Shown here: one piece after another, positions 56,564-64,000 of the stretch
How positions within the stretch are numbered: the first letter of the stretch is position 1
Layout of the letters: each line of letters begins with the position of its first letter
Assembly: GCF_009914755.1 (NCBI RefSeq)
Contig: NC_060925.1
Origin: the human T2T-CHM13v2.0 reference genome, Homo sapiens
Strand: one strand, 5' to 3'
DNA: 64,000 nt
The notes under the pieces: model-generated
What the model saw: only the letters and a program-made list of their open reading frames with translations
Databases searched by the model: none
What the model was told of the DNA's origin: nothing
Translations under genes and position numbers: made by a program

Positions 56564-56871
56564 TCATTCAGGCTTAAAGGAGCCATCTATACCTGTTAGA
56601 TCCTCTGTTTCCTCCCATTTCCTTCATAATCCACAGATGTTTTTATTTAGTACTTAATGGAGTGGTTCTGAAATGGTTGCCTTTCAAGAAAAAAAATTAG
56701 ATTTAAAAAATCTTTACCAAAGAAATGCATGTGAGTCTTGTTTTGTTTTTGGAGGTGATACATCACACCATAGCACGTCTTAAGTTTATGGAGTACCAGA
56801 TGCTTTGAAGTGATCATCTGAAAGGGAATATATGAAGTTCCAATTTCAAATTAATTTCATTTTGAAAGCTA

Positions 56872-57233
<362 letters not shown>

Positions 57234-57376
57234 AGCCTTGTTAATTATCTGTTATTATTACTTTACTTGGCTAATTGTATATTTTTCTGTCTCTGTCCAT
57301 TCGTCATTAATCTTTGCATTAACCTAATAGCCATTATCTTCAGACGTTACTCTATGCAGGTTCAGTGCCTGCTTGA

Positions 57377-57774
<398 letters not shown>

Positions 57775-58029
57775 CAAATTATTTTTTTTGTTACTTTTGT
57801 TAGTACTTTTCTTCAAATATAGATCAAATTAATTAATTGCACCATTGAGTCAGCTACATATTTCTCAGCTCCTCAAATTCAGCTTTCTATCCCAACAAAC
57901 GAACTGAAACTAATATGATATATTTTTAACTATATTGCTCGATCCATTAAAATTTATGTTGACATTTAAAAGACAAGCTGCTCCAAGCAGTGTGTCTGTA
58001 AAAATTGAATTAATAATGAAAAATACTAA

Positions 58030-58935
58030 GAAAATGGAGACTTCCAGAGTGTGACTCATACTAATGAAAAAGAAGCATTCAATAGAAACTGTCAGTGCAG
58101 GGTTCCAGGTATGAAACTAGGTATACAAACGTCAGTGGATTTCAGTGGAGCTATAGTAAGTATGGCCTAAGAACTAAAGGATACTATGATTGAAGAATAA
58201 AGTATGTGCGTGATCCTTCACCAAATGGAGAATATCCGTAAAGAGGCAGAAATTATGTAAAATAACAAAATGAAAACTTAGAGAGGAGCACAAAAGCAGT
58301 CTTGAGATGGCAGAAGAAAGACCCAGTGACCTTGAAGATTGATGAATAGCAATTATCCGTGAAAAACAACAAAAAAAAAGAAAAATTAATAGACCCTCAG
58401 GGACTGTGGTCTAAACAACATCAAGCATATCAATGTATGAGAGTTCCAAAAGAAAAAGGCAGAAAAGGCAGAAAACAAATATTTGCAGAAATAATGGCCA
58501 AAACATCCCAATTTTTGTGAAACATATCAATCTACATATTCAAGAAGCTCAACGAACTGCAAGTCAGAGAAACATAAAGAGATCCATGTCCAAACACATC
58601 ATGATCAAACTGCTGAAAGATAAAAGACAGAGAAAACAAGATAGAAAAATTAAAATGTTTATTAGAGATTGTTATTAGGATTTTTTTGCAGAAATTGACA
58701 AGCTGACCCAAAAATTTATATGGGAATTCATATGACCCATAATAATAATAATAACAATAATGATAATAAAAACTTTGAAAAAGAAGAACCAAGTTAGAGG
58801 ACATGCACTTCCTGATTTTAGAAATTAATATAAAGCTACAGTAATCAAGGCAGTGTGATATTAGCATAAAGATGGATACATAGATCAATAGAACATAATT
58901 GAGAGTCTAAAGATAAACTCTTAAAATATGGCCAG
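58030..58935 (+). mobile_element. Old L1M: ORF1 remnant joined to a late-ORF2 remnant
   Basis: HINLHIQEAQRT...HIMIKLLK (ORF1-like), then gcagaaattgacaagctga...aaagctacagtaatcaag (ORF2). Confidence 0.7.
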
Positions 58936-59189
58936 GAATTTTACTTAGCATATGCAAGACCCTGAGAATATCAGAATTAGAAACTTTTAAAAATAGTTTT
59001 ATGAGCACCAATGATTGTATTTCGGCATTAAGCATAAATTTTATAGTTTGATCACGTCAATACACATAAAATGTTGGAAAGTAACGTTTTCTGGTACATT
59101 TACTTAAAAAGGAGTTATGAATTAAGTGTTTCAAGATATCATAAACTAGGTAAACAAAAATCATGTATGCTATGTGCTTTGTCGTATAA

Positions 59190-59532
<343 letters not shown>

Positions 59533-59548
59533 TAGAATGGATATTTAA

Positions 59549-59884
<336 letters not shown>

Positions 59885-59919
59885 GGTGGAGTATATTTCT
59901 TATAAAATATGTAGGAGTT

Positions 59920-60212
<293 letters not shown>

Positions 60213-60817
60213 GATATGTAGGAGTTCCACTCTACTTGATAAAGTTTAACATTAAGATCCTGAAAAATAGAAAAATGTAATGAAAACTAGATTAAGTATG
60301 ATAGTAATTAAGAATATTGAAAAAAGATGATTAAGAAGAATACCCTCTGGTGAAGTTTAATATAATCTCTCCTATAAATCTATGCATAATCACCTCTAAG
60401 GAAATGAGAACACAAAAGATTAAAGCAGATTCAGCTAAAATATTATCTATGTCTTTAAGTGCTTTTCACTAATTCATTAGTTGCAATAAAAAGTTTTTTT
60501 TCTATTTTTTGCAAAATGATCCCATAATGAAAACCTTCAATTAAATAATTTTAAAGCATCCTTTAATTCTCTATAGCGCTCTTCTGGAAATAATATATTA
60601 TGAAGCACTTTCATTTCCCTTTCGATGAGAAAAGGTCAAATAACCTCAAGTTTTTGTCTTTTTTTTTAGAACAGAAAAACATTCTGTCCCTTCTTTTCAT
60701 AAATTTGTATGTGAATACGATTTTTTAAAAATACAGAACAGGACCCCCATTACTAAGCTAAACTTCCCATGATTGTAAAACACTATGCCAGCAATGAAGC
60801 TAATCTGGCTGCCAGCT

Positions 60818-61505
60818 TGTGTCAGTCCGTCCTTACACTGCTATGAAGAAATACCCGAGAGTGGGTAATTTATAAAGAAAAGAGGTTTAATTGACTCACA
60901 GTTCCACATGGCTGGGGAGGCCTCAGGAAACTTACAATCATGGCAGAAGGTGAAGGAGAAGAAAGGCACCTTCTTCACAGGGCGGCAGGAAGGAGAAGTG
61001 TGGAACAAAGTGGGAAAAGCCCCTTATAGGCTGGGTGCAGTGGCTCAGCCTATTATCCCAGCGCTTTGGGAGGCCGAGATGGGTGGATCATCTAAGGTCA
61101 GGAGTTTGAGACCAGCTTGGAGAGTGAAACCCCGTCTCTACTAAAAAAAAAAAAATTACCTGTGCATGGTGGCAGGTGTCTGTAATCCCACCTACTCAGG
61201 AGGCTGAGGCAGGAGAATTGCTGGAACCCAGGAGGCAGAGGCTTCAGTGAGCCGAGATTGGACCATTGCACTCCAGCCTGGGCAACAAGAGCCAAACTCT
61301 GTCTCAAAAAAAAAAAAAAAAAAACAAAAAAACCCTTAAAAACCATCAGATCTTGTAAGAACTCACTCACCATCACGAGAACAGCAGGAGAGTAATCAGC
61401 CCCATGATTCATTACCTCCCACTGGGTCCTTCCCATGACATGTGGGGATTATGAGAGCTACAATTCAAGATGAGATTTGGGTGAGGACACAGCCAAACCC
61501 TACCA
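60818..61505 (-). mobile_element. THE1C/D solo LTR interrupted by an Alu
   Basis: gaggtttaattgactcacagttccacatggctggggagg...gagatttgggtgaggacacagccaaacc; TSD cagct/cacct. Confidence 0.9.
61029..61333 (+). mobile_element. AluS inserted in the THE1 LTR
   Basis: Imperfect TSD aaaagccccttata / aaaaacccttaaa. Confidence 0.9.
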
Positions 61506-61619
61506 CACCTCTCCTGCCCTGTTGATTCTGAGGCTGGCTTAGCAGCTCTTGCTAGTTATGGGGAGGCTCTCTGCTTCTTTTCTTCACCATGAGTGTTGAA
61601 ATGAAAATGCTCGTTTTAG

Positions 61620-61910
61620 GGCTGGGTGCAGTGGCTTATGCCTATAATCCCAGCACTTTGGGAGGCCAAGGCAGGCAGATCGCTTGAGGTCAGGAGTTCG
61701 AGACCAGCCTGGCCAACATGTCCAAATGCCATCTCTACTAAAAATACAAAAATTAGCCAGGCCTGGTGGCAGGTGCCTGTAATGCCAGTTACTTGGGAAA
61801 CAGGCACAAGAATTGCTTGAACCCGGGAGGCAGAAGTTGCAGTGAGCTGAGATCATGCCACTGCACTTCAGCCTGGGTGACAAAGCGAGACTCTGTCTCA
61901 AAAAAGAAAA
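61620..61910 (+). mobile_element. AluS
   Basis: Dimeric Alu. Confidence 0.92.
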
Positions 61911-62199
61911 TTTTAGGAGAACGTGCATACTGATTTGCACATATACATATTTAATTTTCAAAGCGTATTCACAGAATATTACCTGTATTTAATTTGCTGA
62001 GCTGGTGGTACTAATTCCATTTGATGAACTGGGATATGGATCGCTGGCTAAGTTAATGTCATGTAACTCTGTACTGATGCCAAAGTTAGCCACATCTTAC
62101 TTCCAGACATTTACCTTATTTCTGTTTTCAAAAATTATTAAATCTAAAAATTACTTCTGATTTTAAAAGGATTCTCTGAAACAGAAAACAAAGACAAGT

Positions 62200-62400
62200 T
62201 GTTGCATGGTGCAAAGTGATGGAAATTTGGCCAAATCCAACCTAAGTTTGAATCATCAATTTTCTTATCTGTAAAATGAAGCTAATGTACATTTTAAAGG
62301 TTATTATGAAGATTAAATCATAAGATTCATACATGGAACATTTAGTATTTTACTTGGTTCACATAAGACCATCAATAAATAGTTGTAAATAATAAAAATG
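62200..62400 (+). mobile_element. MIR
   Basis: ttttcttatctgtaaaatgaag...catcaataaatagt. Confidence 0.65.
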
Positions 62401-64000
62401 ATAATTTAACTTTGATTTTAGTAAGGTTATCATTAAATGAAAGGTTCGGTACCACTGGTGGTAGCTGCTAAGCTTGAGTAAAGACTTATTTTGAAGATGC
62501 TATATTTTTTATAAGACTGCTAATCCATTCAAAAATAGTCTACTACATGCCAGGCACTGTGCTAGGTGCTGGACATATAGTAGTGAGAAAGAGTCCCTGC
62601 CCTCAGGCAGCTTACATTTTAGATGGATCTTTTAGTATTTGCAGCCTGGGCTGCTCCTACAGCTTTCTTCCACCAAATAAGTGTACTTTGATCAGAACCT
62701 CAGAAGTGGAATTAATTCAGCACACAGTGTTTGCTGAAGGAAGGGGGATGGACAAAGAAAAACTTGGGGATTCACCAGGGTACCAATCAACCGTGCCAGT
62801 GGCCCACACTGGCCCAGAATCCACGTACTGTGGACTTAAACTCACTTGGAGAATTCCTCTAATAAAAGGTTAATATTGGTATTATGTACATCTCATACCT
62901 AACGCAAAAACCTCTCCATGTATGTTGTCTTCTCTCTCCAAAGGGAGAATTCACTATATTCCTGCCATATTACCAAGTTTAGCTAGAATTTTGAGTGGAG
63001 CGCCAATCACCAAGTCTTACTTAAGATGCCTTTATTTCCTATCTAGTATGTTTTCAGTCCTTTCTATTTCCCTTTGTTCCTTTGGGCCCTGTGTTTTTGG
63101 CACCCCATACCTACATCGAGTGTGGGTTCTGCCCTATGAAAATACTCTTACAGTCTTGTTAGTAAATTATTCAGGCTTTTGTGTTGCTCTTGAGTTTTGG
63201 TTAGGCCTAAGAAATTTATTCCATGGGGAAGACTTTGTTTTTCCCTTATCCATATATTTATTTCTGTTTGGGGATCTCTCTTTGCACATTTCTGACCTGA
63301 AACTGCTCTTGAAACTTCTGAAGCTTGTTTCCCTAGGATCAAGGAGACAACATCATGGAGGTCAGTGGCTGTTAATGGGCACAGCCACAGGTTAGTCCGG
63401 AGCAAAGATAAGGGCTGCTAAAGAGGCCATTGACCTGAGCTGTCGGGTACAGGGTGTTGCAGTTTGATTCTGAACCATACCTTGAAGGCAGCCCGGTCTG
63501 GAATGGCTAATGAGGCTGAGGCAGGTTAGATATCATAAGCATAATTAGATGAACAATGTGCATGTCTTTTTAACTGCAAGCCAGCTGAGGGTGTGAAAGG
63601 GTACTATTTAAGCCCCTTCATTGTATTGCTAGCTCCTAGTCTAGGGAGGCGTCTTAAAGATGTTGCCCCAAATTCCATCTGAATTCAGAGTCAAGGAAGC
63701 AGTGACAACATTGAATTTATGTGGCTTATCTTCATGGTTTCAGGTTTGCTTAGGTTTGATTGCTTACCTTAAATTCTAACCTCAGCTTTGGTTTTTCAGT
63801 TCCCCCAAATGGACAGTGTCTTGAGGAGCATGTGACTTGAATACCCTCCATTCTATAATTTACTTAGAAATCCTAGCTGGAAGACACGGTTACAAGTACT
63901 CTCTTGGCTACAGTCATCCTCCTCCTGTTGCAAACAATCTCTATGGAGATGAGAACATAATCGTAGTCATCCTTGATTGCTTACTGCAGTTGTCTTTAAC

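Noticed and set aside
62547-63405. 108-aa and 157-aa ORFs
   Set aside because: The first begins in an L2-like fragment; the second is Leu/Phe/Ser-rich as expected from T-rich DNA; no homology recognised

Overview
AT-rich, repeat-dense primate (human-like) genomic DNA with no protein-coding exon. Every ORF in the supplied track is Alu, L1 or LTR derived, or a chance ORF. The window looks like two large introns around one short non-coding + strand exon at about 20283/20287-20381. From memory that exon matches 5'UTR exon 2 of SGMS1 (sphingomyelin synthase 1); this is unverified, and because human SGMS1 is on the reference minus strand, the window would be reverse-complemented or from another primate assembly. 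Content: about 20 Alus, a 5.4-kb 5'-truncated L1PB containing a nested twin-primed L1PA and an Alu, a full-length THE1A-type MaLR provirus inserted in a (GAT)n repeat, solo LTRs (MST, THE1C/D, MLT1, MER66-like), DNA transposon relics (Tigger3, MER58A, MER1A, MER2B, MER5A), MIR/L2 and microsatellites. I find no evidence of a novel multi-gene system. The best leads are RNA-processing and retrotransposition features: a textbook 63-nt cassette exon candidate, tandem splice acceptors, recursive-splice candidates, a sense THE1A with intact DUX4 motifs, an inverted L1 with a large deletion and a mini 3' transduction, and three independent Alu insertions into one ~55-bp imperfect palindrome. Subfamily names and old-repeat boundaries are by eye and approximate.
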